Origin: Bifidobacteriaceae bacterium | Lineage (GTDB): Bacteria; Bacillota_I; Bacilli_A; Erysipelotrichales; Erysipelotrichaceae | DNA: 64,000 bases | NCBI GenBank assembly: GCA_963661415.1 | Contig: CAVLCI010000001.1 | Coordinates: forward strand, 468-64,467 | Direction: 5' to 3' | In this document: positions 39,858 through 49,736 of the stretch, one piece after another | How the letters are laid out: the number at the start of each line of letters is the position of its first letter | How positions within the stretch are numbered: position 1 is the stretch's first letter | The notes under the pieces: generated by a model | The model's database searches: none | Seen by the model: the letters and a program-made list of their open reading frames with translations, nothing else | Told to the model about the DNA's origin: nothing | Made by a program: the position numbers and the translations under genes

Positions 39858-41228
39858 TTAAGCTTCTGCACTTTGACGGTTTGCAGCAATTACGAATGGT
39901 GTATAGATTAATGTAGATGCACCGATAATTACTACGATCTGCCAGATAGCACCCATGATATTTCCAGAAGAAGCCAAGAATCCGAAGATACCTACTGGAG
40001 TTGTCCATGGAACGTCGATAACGAATAATGGGCAGAGTCCTAAGTATTGTACTAAGTAGCCTAAGCATACGCAAGCAACTGGAGCTAAGAAGAATGGTAC
40101 AGCGAACATTGCGTTCATAACCATTGGGATACCGAAGATAATTGGTTCGTTGATGTTGAACAATCCACAAGGAATAGCTAACTTAGCGATAGCCTTGAAG
40201 TCATCTCTCTTAGAGAATAACATGATTGCGATAATCAATCCCATTGTGATACCAGAACCTGTTGATGAGAACCAACCAGAAGCGAATGGGTTAGCGATAA
40301 TGGAATACTTTTGGGAAGCTGTATAGAATACACCAGAAGCAGTTACACCTTCACCAGATTGATATAGTTCAAGGTTAGATGCCATCATCTTTGTCATAAA
40401 TGGTGTTGTAACAGCACTCATAACGTTTGGACCATGGATACCGAACCACCATAGTAATTGCATGATCAATACTACTAATACATATCCTGGAAGACCTGTC
40501 ATGATCTTTTCAACTGGGGACATGATTGTAGAAATGATATCGAACATTGTTAATCCGAATAGTGAGCAGATGAAACCAACGATAGATACACATAATACTG
40601 TGATGATTGTTGGGAACAATACTGCGAATGATTGTGATACGTTTGGTGGAACTGAATCAGGAAGATTGATCTTCAATTTTCCAGAATCAACCAACTTAAC
40701 ATATAACAATGTTGTTAAGATACCTACGATTAATGCTACGAACAATCCATCAGCCTTTGTATATGAAGAAGCTACTACGTTTGAAATTGTAACTGTTTCT
40801 CCACTTTCTGTTGTTGTTGATGCTGTTGTATTCATTAATGTAACGAATGAAGCAAGTGCTACTGCTGGAACTGTCTTGTCATTAGCGTGTCCAATGTTTT
40901 CAGCATAATGCATGGAAACAAGTACACAGATAGCTACTGCCATGAAGTTCATACAGCCATAGTTTGCTGTTGTGAAAATTGGAGTTAAGGATTCCAACCA
41001 TGCAAATCCTGGAACGTTAGCTAAAGAAATATAGTAAATCATTTCTCCAGTCTTAGGATCAGCGACACCTCCTGTTTGACACAAGACGAATTGGAATAGA
41101 GTACAGAATGCACCCCAAATGACGACTGGCATGTTGTCAATAAATGAGTCCTTAATTGCTGATAGGACTTTGTTTGACTGCATCTTACCGGCTAAAGTAA
41201 GAAGGCCATTCATAAATTTGTCTTTCAT
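39858..41228 (-). CDS. PTS sugar transporter subunit IIC, lactose/cellobiose family (copy 2)
   Basis: Same motifs as copy 1; RBS AGAAAGGA before ATG 41228. Confidence 0.95.
   Translation of the reverse strand: MKDKFMNGLLTLAGKMQSNKVLSAIKDSFIDNMPVVIWGAFCTLFQFVLCQTGGVADPKTGEMIYYISLANVPGFAWLESLTPIFTTANYGCMNFMAVAICVLVSMHYAENIGHANDKTVPAVALASFVTLMNTTASTTTESGETVTISNVVASSYTKADGLFVALIVGILTTLLYVKLVDSGKLKINLPDSVPPNVSQSFAVLFPTIITVLCVSIVGFICSLFGLTMFDIISTIMSPVEKIMTGLPGYVLVVLIMQLLWWFGIHGPNVMSAVTTPFMTKMMASNLELYQSGEGVTASGVFYTASQKYSIIANPFASGWFSSTGSGITMGLIIAIMLFSKRDDFKAIAKLAIPCGLFNINEPIIFGIPMVMNAMFAVPFFLAPVACVCLGYLVQYLGLCPLFVIDVPWTTPVGIFGFLASSGNIMGAIWQIVVIIGASTLIYTPFVIAANRQSAEA
40291..41228. repeat. 938-bp segment identical to 38615-39552
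   Basis: See partner repeat. Confidence 0.9.
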
Positions 41229-41269
41229 ATTATACAAATTCCTTTCTACGTGAATATTTTGCCTCACAA

Positions 41270-41284
41270 AGTAAACGCTTTCAA
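41270..41284 (-). promoter_or_regulatory. cre (CcpA) site upstream of PTS IIC copy 2
   Basis: Minus strand TTGAAAGCGTTTACT matches cre consensus. Confidence 0.7.
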
Positions 41285-41512
41285 CACAAAAAACACATAA
41301 TGAAACTTAATTTCACACAATTTACGCAATATTATGTGAATGTGTTAATTTTTAAAGAAAAGTTTCATGATTATTATATTTTGAAACATGATTGTTATAT
41401 TTTCATGAAAATTCATTACAAAAATATCATTTTTATGAGAAAGATTTTCTTTTAAAGCACAAAAAAAGAGGAAATCCTTAGATTTCCCCAGTGTTTATTT
41501 GCTTATTTTAAA

Positions 41513-42379
41513 TTAAGCCTTGTTAGCAGAACCAAATGCTTCGCAAAGTTCTACAACCTTCTTTGTTACAGCATCTGTACCTGGCTTTAGAAGTTTACGT
41601 GGATCATATCCCTTACCTTCTTTATCCTTGCCAGCTTCAATGTATGCACGTGTAGCTGCAGCAAATTCTAATTGAAGTTCTGTGTTGATGTTTACTTTAG
41701 AAACACCTAATGTAACAGCCTTATGAACTTGTTCAAATGGAATACCAGAACCACCATGAAGTACAAGTGGTTTTCCTTCAACAGCTGTATCGATTTCTTG
41801 TAGTCTGTCGAAGTTTAATCCCTTCCAATCTTCAGGATATACACCGTGGATGTTACCAATACCAGCTGCTAAGAAATCAACACCTAAGCCAGCGATTTCA
41901 GCACATTCCTTTGGATCAGCAAGTTCACCGTTAGATGTAACACCATCTTCAGTACCACCGATACCACCAACTTCACATTCAACAGAAATTCCCTTTGAAT
42001 GAGCTAAGTTGATAATGTCCTTAGACTTAGCAACGTTTTCATCAAAGTCATAATGAGATCCATCAAACATAACAGATGTGAATCCAACTTCGATACAAGC
42101 CTTTGCACCTTCATATGTACCATGGTCTAAGTGAAGTGCTACTGGAACTGTAATTCCCATTGATTCATATAAATCACGAACCATGTCAGCGACTGTCTTA
42201 AATCCGCCCATGTACTTACCAGCACCTTCAGATACTTGTAAGATTGTTGGAGACTTAGCTTCTTGCACACCAGCAAGTACAGCTTTTGTCCATTCTAAGT
42301 TGTTGATGTTGAAGGCTGGGATAGCGTAATGTCCTTCGTGAGCCTTTTCAACCATTTCTTTTGCAGAAACTAATGCCAT
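41513..42379 (-). CDS. fba: Class II fructose-1,6-bisphosphate aldolase
   Basis: AFNINNLEW, HLDHG, SVMFDGSH, GNIHG, LHGGSG, KVNINTE. Confidence 0.97.
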   Translation of the reverse strand: MALVSAKEMVEKAHEGHYAIPAFNINNLEWTKAVLAGVQEAKSPTILQVSEGAGKYMGGFKTVADMVRDLYESMGITVPVALHLDHGTYEGAKACIEVGFTSVMFDGSHYDFDENVAKSKDIINLAHSKGISVECEVGGIGGTEDGVTSNGELADPKECAEIAGLGVDFLAAGIGNIHGVYPEDWKGLNFDRLQEIDTAVEGKPLVLHGGSGIPFEQVHKAVTLGVSKVNINTELQLEFAAATRAYIEAGKDKEGKGYDPRKLLKPGTDAVTKKVVELCEAFGSANKA

Positions 42380-42480
42380 AATATTTACGATTCCTCCTAT
42401 ATTTTGGTACTTCTATTTTATTCTTGAATAACACTTCTGACAAGCAATAACTTGTGATTCAAATCACTTTCTTTCATTTT

Positions 42481-43731
42481 TTACACGATTGCATAAAAAT
42501 AATACATGATATTTCCATCATCATCTAATGCTTCCATGTAATAAACCGTTGCTTGCTTTGCATCAATTGTGATACTACCAATGACTGAAATTTGTTTTGC
42601 GTCTTTGTTTTTTGTCAATTCATCAAAATGATTAGAAATATAAGAACTACCATCTTTCATCATTTCTTCTTGAGAACTATATTGTTCTGATTGATATAAA
42701 ACATTACCTAAGTACCCACTTAAATTTTCCCATTCGCCAATTTCACTAGAAGCATTTTGTTCTTCTGTGATCTGTTCTAAAACTTTTGTATATGTCGTTG
42801 TCGAAATCGTCATAAAAGACGTTGGGTCTTTTTTCTTTACTGTTACTTGATACGCTAGATCTGTTGCATTGCCATTGATATCTGTCGCTTTGATACGCAC
42901 AGTATATTTACCTGGTGTTTCTGTATCCACATCACTTGTATATGTGTACCATCCACTTTCATAAAAAGGTGCACTTGTGTTTGTTTTCTCTGGTTCTGTT
43001 TCTACATATTCTAGATTCCCATCAATTATATCTGTAACACTTTTGATATTACTACTTTCATCAAAAGTATCACCTTCTGTTATCGTAATGGAACTTTCAT
43101 TAAGTTCAATGATTGGTGATTGGGTATCATGAATCGTCACTTCTAGTGTAAAGTCTTTTGTTACAGTTTCACCATAGCTATCTTGCATTGTCGCTGTATA
43201 TGTCAATTGTTGCTTACCCACTTTTGAAGTATCAATCGTTGTTGGCTTACAGCTAACATCTCCATAATGTGTATCTACAATATCCAAAGGATCCCTTGCT
43301 TGCTCACCATATTCATAAATGGTGTAATCTACTGTATTTCCATCTGCATCTTTTTCATCTTCTTTAAAAGTCACTTTTAATTGTTCATATACTTTTTGAT
43401 ATGAAGCTTGTTTTGCAGCTTTATCTTGTTGATATCGATTCATGTAATAAACACCAAAACAAATCAATACAATCACAACAATCGCACCTAAAACAATCCA
43501 TAATTTCTTGTTTGTTTTTTTGATATTTTGTTTTTCTTCTTTTGGTGGTGCACTTTGTTCTTTGGCTTTTTGTTCTTCAAGAGGTTCATCTGCAGTAATC
43601 GGTGTCATGTGCACTTCTTTTTCAATTGGCCTATCTAAAGAATCTTCTTCCTCTTCTCTATGCCACGCAACATCTTCTACCACTGGAAGTTCTTCTGTAT
43701 GTTCTTCATGTTCTTTTTTTACTTCATCCAT
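42481..43731 (-). CDS. Membrane-anchored protein with Ig-like (DUF5011/HYR-like) domains
   Basis: Acidic N-term, single TM, DTQSPII, VTD..DG, VDTETPGKYTV..ATD.NGN motifs. Confidence 0.75.
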   Translation of the reverse strand: MDEVKKEHEEHTEELPVVEDVAWHREEEEDSLDRPIEKEVHMTPITADEPLEEQKAKEQSAPPKEEKQNIKKTNKKLWIVLGAIVVIVLICFGVYYMNRYQQDKAAKQASYQKVYEQLKVTFKEDEKDADGNTVDYTIYEYGEQARDPLDIVDTHYGDVSCKPTTIDTSKVGKQQLTYTATMQDSYGETVTKDFTLEVTIHDTQSPIIELNESSITITEGDTFDESSNIKSVTDIIDGNLEYVETEPEKTNTSAPFYESGWYTYTSDVDTETPGKYTVRIKATDINGNATDLAYQVTVKKKDPTSFMTISTTTYTKVLEQITEEQNASSEIGEWENLSGYLGNVLYQSEQYSSQEEMMKDGSSYISNHFDELTKNKDAKQISVIGSITIDAKQATVYYMEALDDDGNIMYYFYAIV

Positions 43732-43778
43732 AATTTCCACCTTTCAAAAAAGGAAGGCAATCTACTGCCTCCCCTCAT

Positions 43779-44117
43779 TTAGTTGTCAAATGCATCATCG
43801 CCAGTTGGCAAATCCAATCCACTCTTATCTAGAGTATCTTCAATCTCCTCATCGTCCATTGCGATTTCGCTTGTATCAATATGAACTTCATCAAACTTTC
43901 TTCTATTTCTGAGATCCCATTTATTTCCTTCTAATGAAGCAAATCTAGAATCTAACATCAATTCAGAATAAAACTGGCTCTTCTTTTTTCTTAATTTTTC
44001 TTCAGGTATATTCATTTGTTTACTAACATCTGCCCAAAGTTTTAAGAAATCAATTTCTTTTTTTCTCTTGGACAAGCATTGAAACGCTACATCCGTCATA
44101 CTTTGTGAAACACTCAT
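43779..44117 (-). CDS. rpoE: DNA-directed RNA polymerase subunit delta (short acidic tail)
   Basis: SMTDVA, SQFYSELMLDSRF.SL..NKWDLR; acidic C-term; synteny with DUF1934. Confidence 0.9.
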   Translation of the reverse strand: MSVSQSMTDVAFQCLSKRKKEIDFLKLWADVSKQMNIPEEKLRKKKSQFYSELMLDSRFASLEGNKWDLRNRRKFDEVHIDTSEIAMDDEEIEDTLDKSGLDLPTGDDAFDN

Positions 44118-44213
44118 TTACTATATCTCCCTTGCATATCAAATCATAAGATTTCATATGTTTCTTTAATGCGCAAGTATGTTACATTGTGCAAGACATA
44201 AAGTCAAGCATCA

Positions 44214-44591
44214 TTAAGATAGATATTGTATATTCCAAATTAATTTTTGATGAACAAGCTCTTCGTTATGCGAATAAATACTATATTCTACTACCCATTG
44301 AAAATCATTTTTTAATATGGAATGTGTTTTTGTTTTCATTTCCATATCCCCATATGGACTCATGACAGTTGTATGCCCCCATTTTCCATTATTTAAAACA
44401 GTAATTGAACTAATATCACATTTTCTTTCTAGTTTTACAATTTCATCTTGAAATTCTACAAAATGTAACGCAGTAGTCTCATTTTCTTTATATTTCAAAA
44501 TATTCTTTTCTAGAATTGCATTGCCATCCGCAATGATTTTTTCTTCATTATCTAACAAGTTATATTGAATTAATTTTACTTTTACTTTCAT
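44214..44591 (-). CDS. DUF1934 (YwiB-like) protein
   Basis: LKYKE..., SPYGDM.MKT motif; conserved position before rpoE. Confidence 0.75.
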   Translation of the reverse strand: MKVKVKLIQYNLLDNEEKIIADGNAILEKNILKYKENETTALHFVEFQDEIVKLERKCDISSITVLNNGKWGHTTVMSPYGDMEMKTKTHSILKNDFQWVVEYSIYSHNEELVHQKLIWNIQYLS

Positions 44592-45805
44592 TTTGTCACC
44601 ATAGGAAAAAATACTTTATTATCATCTTTTTCAGGACCATGAATCAAAGAATAAACAATATTAGAAGCATTAGATAATTCTTTTGTAGAACCATCTTTCA
44701 TTCTCACCCATATACTGCCAGCACCTGCTCCAGAATATGGAATATACGGAGATTGTGCAACTTCATCTTTGGCCCAGTAATAATGTGTATCATATCCTTT
44801 CTCTTTTAATAGCTTCTTGAGTTTGCGGTTTTCTTTATCTTGTGAATCTTGATATTCAAATAAATGACGATCTCGTATTCTTTGTGCTAGATCCGCAATA
44901 ATTGGATCGGAATGTCTTGTAAGTTGTTGAAAGCCATATCCACATGTACTTTCATCCAATTCAAAATAATCTTGTAAAGAAATTTTTCTACCAGTAATAA
45001 TTGGATAAAATAGTGGAATGACATGTTCATCTATATTTTCCATTCCCAAATCTTTCAAACGTTTAAACAATAGATGTAATATCGTTTCATAGCTTCTCGC
45101 TACTGGATGATAGTATACTTGCCAATACATGTGATAGCGCGCCATGATATAGTTTTCTACCGCATATACACCACTTTCTTTCACGACCAATTGATTTCCA
45201 TCATGTACACGTAATGTTCTTAAGATTCTTTCTAGATCATATTCTCCATATTTTGTTCCCGTAAAATAAGCATCTCTTAGCAAATAATCAAAACGATCTG
45301 CATCCAATTGTGAAGAAATCAATTGTGTTAATAAAGGATTAGCACTTTCATGACGAATAACATCCGCAACATCTTTACTAAGTCCTTTACAACAATTTTC
45401 TAATATTTTTGTGATTTCTGTATTTTCTTCAATGATTCTACATGTAAAGTCTTCGTGACTCGTTTTTGTAACACCTTCAAATGCATGAGAATATGGACCA
45501 TGACCAATATCATGTAACAATCCCGCAAGCATCGCTGTTACTTTCTCTTTCTCATTAAGTGCTTTTGAAATATCATTCACTTCAGAAACCATTCTCCTAA
45601 CAAGTTCATACACACCTAGAGAATGCCCAAAACGAGAATGTTCTGCACAATGATATACAACATAAGCACCACCTAATTGTCGAATTCTACGTAGTCTTTG
45701 AAACCATGCAGAATTGATAACATCCCATACAACTTGTAAATCTACATGAATATATCCATGTACAGGATCTCTCAAAACTTTTTCTTCCGATGTTTTTTCA
45801 AACAT
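44588..45805 (-). CDS. HD-domain dNTP triphosphohydrolase-like protein (YwfO-like)
   Basis: RDPVHG, FQRLRRIRQLG, HSRFGHSLG, LLHDIGHGP, DADRFDY. Confidence 0.92.
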   Translation of the reverse strand: MFEKTSEEKVLRDPVHGYIHVDLQVVWDVINSAWFQRLRRIRQLGGAYVVYHCAEHSRFGHSLGVYELVRRMVSEVNDISKALNEKEKVTAMLAGLLHDIGHGPYSHAFEGVTKTSHEDFTCRIIEENTEITKILENCCKGLSKDVADVIRHESANPLLTQLISSQLDADRFDYLLRDAYFTGTKYGEYDLERILRTLRVHDGNQLVVKESGVYAVENYIMARYHMYWQVYYHPVARSYETILHLLFKRLKDLGMENIDEHVIPLFYPIITGRKISLQDYFELDESTCGYGFQQLTRHSDPIIADLAQRIRDRHLFEYQDSQDKENRKLKKLLKEKGYDTHYYWAKDEVAQSPYIPYSGAGAGSIWVRMKDGSTKELSNASNIVYSLIHGPEKDDNKVFFPMVTK

Positions 45806-45806
45806 A

Positions 45807-46280
45807 TTATTTTTCCTCTAACAAAACAACCGCAAATGCTTGTACACCTTCTTCTCTTCCAATAAATCCCATTTTTTCACCACGTGTTGCCTTGACACTC
45901 ACTTGATCCAAAGAACAATGTAATGCATGCGCAAAGTTCTCTCGCATTTGTTGAATATGCGGTGCCATTTTTGGTCTTTCAATCATGATCATAGAATCTA
46001 CATTTCCAATGCGATAACCTTTCTCATCCATCATTCTTGCCACTTCTTTTAAAATAATTTGAGAATCAACGCCTTTCCACTTTTCATCTGTATCCGGAAA
46101 CCATTTTCCTAAATCACCTAAAGCTAGCGCACCTAATATTGCTTCCGCAACCGCATGTGTTAAAGCATCCGCATCAGAATGTCCAACCAATCCTTTTGTG
46201 TGAGGGATTTCTACACCACCAATAATCAACTTTCTTCCTTCTGCTAGTTGATGAATATCTGTACTTTGTCCAATTCTCAT
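45807..46280 (-). CDS. ispF: 2-C-methyl-D-erythritol 2,4-cyclodiphosphate synthase
   Basis: RIGQSTDIH, GHSDAD, GDLG..FPDTD, VKAT, GREEG. Confidence 0.97.
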   Translation of the reverse strand: MRIGQSTDIHQLAEGRKLIIGGVEIPHTKGLVGHSDADALTHAVAEAILGALALGDLGKWFPDTDEKWKGVDSQIILKEVARMMDEKGYRIGNVDSMIMIERPKMAPHIQQMRENFAHALHCSLDQVSVKATRGEKMGFIGREEGVQAFAVVLLEEK

Positions 46281-46326
46281 ATTTTTATCTCCATCTTTCC
46301 AATCATTTTACAGTATAATAGTGCCT

Positions 46327-47508
46327 ATGAACTTACAAATTCCCGAATATGTTTCAATATTAATGAAAAAATTAAACGAAAATGGTTATGAATGCTTTAT
46401 TGTTGGCGGTGCAATTCGCTCTATGTTGTTGAAGAAACCAGTACATGATTACGATCTAACAACAAATGCTTTACCACACGAAACAAAACAAGTATTTCAT
46501 GAATTTCATACCATTGATACCGGTTTACAACACGGTACGGTTACTGTTGTCTCCAATCATATCCCCGTTGAAATTACGACGTACCGAAAAGAAACTGCCT
46601 ACAAAGATCATCGCCATCCAGATCAAGTCATATTCACAAGAACGATTCAAGATGATTGTGCGAGAAGAGATTTTACAATCAACGCATTATGTTATAACCA
46701 AACAACTGGTTTATTAGATTTTTTTCATGGAAAAGAAGACTTAGAAAATCAAATCATACGTTGTATCGGAAATCCCTATGAACGTTTTGATGAGGATGCA
46801 TTACGTATTCTTCGGGCAATTCGTTTTGCCTCACAATTAAATTTCTCTATAGAAGAAGAAACTTCTAAAGCAATCTTAGATACCAAAGATACATTGTCTT
46901 ATGTTTCTATCGAACGTATTCAAGAAGAATTTACAAAGTATTTAGAAGGGGAAGGTTTTTTACCATTATTCTATCCATATCGAAAGGTCTTTTCGGTATT
47001 CTTATCTGAAATCAACGAAATCAAGGATTGGGATTCAATGATTCAATCTTTTCAAAATTCCATTCCAAATGCATCTGTTCGCTTAGCGATATTATTCTCT
47101 TCTTTCCAAGATCCAAAGCACACTTTAAAACAATTCAAATATTCCAATAAAGAAATCACAACCGTGATGGAAATGATCCAACATAAAGATTCTCCAATCA
47201 CAACACGTATTGAAATCAAAAAGTTATTGAAAGATTTATCATGTGATTTTAAATTGTATTTAAAATTTAGAGAAGCAATGGATCTAAAATGTTATGAATC
47301 TACATATGATATCTATCAATCCATCCTTCAAAATCATGAATGTTATTCATTAAAACAATTAGAAATCAATGGGTCAGATCTTGTTTCTTTAGGTTATCAA
47401 GGAAAGCAGATTTCTGAAACTTTAAATCGTTTATTGAATGATGTCATTGAAGAAAAAACACCAAACTCTAAACAAATTCTGTTAAAACAAATCAAGGATT
47501 GCCATTAG
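46327..47508 (+). CDS. cca: CCA tRNA nucleotidyltransferase
   Basis: VGGAIR, DYD, EITTYR, RRDFTINA, EDALRILRA, ERI..E. Confidence 0.93.
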   Translation: MNLQIPEYVSILMKKLNENGYECFIVGGAIRSMLLKKPVHDYDLTTNALPHETKQVFHEFHTIDTGLQHGTVTVVSNHIPVEITTYRKETAYKDHRHPDQVIFTRTIQDDCARRDFTINALCYNQTTGLLDFFHGKEDLENQIIRCIGNPYERFDEDALRILRAIRFASQLNFSIEEETSKAILDTKDTLSYVSIERIQEEFTKYLEGEGFLPLFYPYRKVFSVFLSEINEIKDWDSMIQSFQNSIPNASVRLAILFSSFQDPKHTLKQFKYSNKEITTVMEMIQHKDSPITTRIEIKKLLKDLSCDFKLYLKFREAMDLKCYESTYDIYQSILQNHECYSLKQLEINGSDLVSLGYQGKQISETLNRLLNDVIEEKTPNSKQILLKQIKDCH

Positions 47509-47517
47509 GCAATCCTT

Positions 47518-48018
47518 TTATAATACAAGTTGATAAGCAAATCTAGGTGTTCCATCCTCAACATAAATAATGCCAGTTTTAACAAATCCATTCTTTTCTA
47601 ACATTTTTTGCATTGAAATGTTCTTCTCATGTGTATCTACACGAATATTAAAGATTTGATTTCTTTCACATATTTGTTTAGCTAATGTAACAAACAAAGA
47701 AGCTAGATTTTTTCCTTTCATTGTATCTTTGATACATGTTCTATGCATGACAACATATGGTTCATCATTCAACCATTGTCCTTCTATGTGTGCATAATTA
47801 GAATCTTCATATTGTGCTACAAAAGAATAACCAACAACTTCATTTTCATTCATAACACAATATGCACCCTTTTTTTTCATATCTTCTAATACATCAATTT
47901 GATTTGGATATTCACCTTGCCATTGTGATATATCATTCTTTTTAAAATATTGTTTTGCTTGTTGGATAATTAATAAAATATCATCAATATCTTTTTGTTC
48001 TGTTTCTTTGATTTCCAT
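47518..48018 (-). CDS. GNAT family N-acetyltransferase
   Basis: QWQGEYP, RVDTHEKN.SMQ.MLEKNGF. Confidence 0.9.
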   Translation of the reverse strand: MEIKETEQKDIDDILLIIQQAKQYFKKNDISQWQGEYPNQIDVLEDMKKKGAYCVMNENEVVGYSFVAQYEDSNYAHIEGQWLNDEPYVVMHRTCIKDTMKGKNLASLFVTLAKQICERNQIFNIRVDTHEKNISMQKMLEKNGFVKTGIIYVEDGTPRFAYQLVL

Positions 48019-48052
48019 GTTTTAAAAAAAGCAGGTTTCCCTGCTTTTCCTC

Positions 48053-48376
48053 TTAAAGCTTCTTAAATTGATCTACATCAAGAACGAAAATTGTAGCACC
48101 ACCAACCTGTACTTCAACAGGGAAAGATGCATAACGTCCAATGTCATAACTAGCTGTAGAAGGAACGATTTCTGTACGTCTCTTTGCTTCAGAACCAATG
48201 ACATCAATACACTTATCTACAAGATCATCTTCTGTACCTACAATCAATGTTGTGTTTCCTGCTCTTAAGAAACCACCTGTTGTAGATAAACGTGTCATGT
48301 AGAAATTATTCTTTGTTAATGCAGAAGTAACTGCAGCTGCATCATCGTTAGAAACGATAGCTAATACTAGTTTCAT
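48053..48376 (-). CDS. darA: Cyclic-di-AMP receptor (PII-like DarA/PstA)
   Basis: TRLSTTGGFLRAGNTT and VQVGGATIFV signatures; RBS GGAGG. Confidence 0.95.
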   Translation of the reverse strand: MKLVLAIVSNDDAAAVTSALTKNNFYMTRLSTTGGFLRAGNTTLIVGTEDDLVDKCIDVIGSEAKRRTEIVPSTASYDIGRYASFPVEVQVGGATIFVLDVDQFKKL

Positions 48377-48418
48377 ATTTTCAACCTCCAAAAATACAAT
48401 AATATTTTAACACAAATA

Positions 48419-49519
48419 TCAAACATTGAAGCGGAAGAATACAACATCGCCATCTTTCATGACGTATTCTTTGCCTTCCACTCTTAGTTTTCCTGCTTCT
48501 TTTAAAGCTTTTTCACTTCCATATTCCATGAAATCTTCATAACTATATACTTCAGCACGAATAAAACCTTTTTCAAAGTCTGAATGAATCACACCTGCAC
48601 ATTGTGGTGCTTTCATTCCTTCGTGGAATGTCCATGCACGACATTCAGGTTCTCCAACAGTAAAGAATGTACGAAGACCTAACAAATGATAAGCAGCTTG
48701 AATAATTTGATCCAATCCTGATTCTTTGATACCTAAATCATCTAAGAAAGCTTGTTTTTCTTCTTTGTCTAATCCTGACAATTCTTCTTCCATCTTTGCA
48801 CAGATTGCGATAACTTCACTACCTTCTTTTTCAGCTAATTCTTTTACAGATTGAAAATAATGATTATTACTTGGATCATTGATTTCTTCATCTGACATAT
48901 TTGCCACATAAATCACTGGTTTTGCGGTTAATAATCCATAGTTTTTCATGATTTCTAAATCATTTTCATTCAAATCTAATAGACGAACAGATTTACCTTC
49001 TAATAATTGCGCTTTAAATTTATTTAAAGTTTCTAATTCTTTGACAGCATCTTTATCTTTTGTTTGTGCTTTTTTCGCAATCTTACTAATTCTATTTTCT
49101 ACTGAATCCAAATCCGATATCGCAAGTTCTAAATTGATTTCTTCAATATCACGAACAGGATCCACAGATCCTTCAACGTGCTCAATATTAGCATCATCAA
49201 AACATCTAACGACATGAATGATAGCATCTGTTTGACGAATATTCCCTAAGAATTGGTTACCTAAACCTTCGCCTTTGGATGCACCTCTTACTAGACCTGC
49301 AATATCTGTAAATTCAAATGTTGTATAAATTGTTTTCTTTGGATGAAAAATATTAACAAAATCATCCATACGATAGTCTGGTACTTCTACAACACCTACA
49401 TTTGGAGCGATTGTCGCAAATGGGTAGTTTTCTGCAAGTACTTGGCTATTTGTAATCGCATTAAATAAAGTAGATTTTCCAACATTTGGAAGACCTACGA
49501 TTCCTGCTGTTAATGACAT
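48419..49519 (-). CDS. ychF: Redox-regulated ATPase YchF
   Basis: GIVGLPNVGKSTLFN, YPFATI, DIAGLV, HSDFEKGFI, DGDVVFFRFNV. Confidence 0.98.
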   Translation of the reverse strand: MSLTAGIVGLPNVGKSTLFNAITNSQVLAENYPFATIAPNVGVVEVPDYRMDDFVNIFHPKKTIYTTFEFTDIAGLVRGASKGEGLGNQFLGNIRQTDAIIHVVRCFDDANIEHVEGSVDPVRDIEEINLELAISDLDSVENRISKIAKKAQTKDKDAVKELETLNKFKAQLLEGKSVRLLDLNENDLEIMKNYGLLTAKPVIYVANMSDEEINDPSNNHYFQSVKELAEKEGSEVIAICAKMEEELSGLDKEEKQAFLDDLGIKESGLDQIIQAAYHLLGLRTFFTVGEPECRAWTFHEGMKAPQCAGVIHSDFEKGFIRAEVYSYEDFMEYGSEKALKEAGKLRVEGKEYVMKDGDVVFFRFNV

Positions 49520-49534
49520 TCCTTTATTCCCTCT

Positions 49535-49735
49535 CTATTCTTCCGTTGCTTTTTCAACAACCTTTTTCATTTTACGCTCAAATTCATGTCTAGGAAACAT
49601 GATGACGTTTCCACATCCCAAACATTTCACCTTGATATCTGCACCAACACGAATAATCTGCCATAATTTACTTTTATGACAAGGATGTTCTTTTTTCATT
49701 TCAACAACATCATTTAAACCATATTCCGTAACCAT
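49535..49735 (-). CDS. DUF951 family protein
   Basis: VEMKKEHPC...W...RVGADIKVKCLGC; conserved before ychF. Confidence 0.9.
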   Translation of the reverse strand: MVTEYGLNDVVEMKKEHPCHKSKLWQIIRVGADIKVKCLGCGNVIMFPRHEFERKMKKVVEKATEE

Positions 49736-49736
49736 T

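Noticed and set aside
38786..40908. Two identical 148-aa plus-strand ORFs and 63/130-aa alternative-frame ORFs
   Set aside because: Shadow ORFs of the duplicated PTS IIC genes
42452..42469. TTGTGATTCAAATCACTT, Rex-like box upstream of fba promoter
   Set aside because: Several mismatches to TTGTGAAnnnnTTCACAA in an AT-rich context; not supportable on its own
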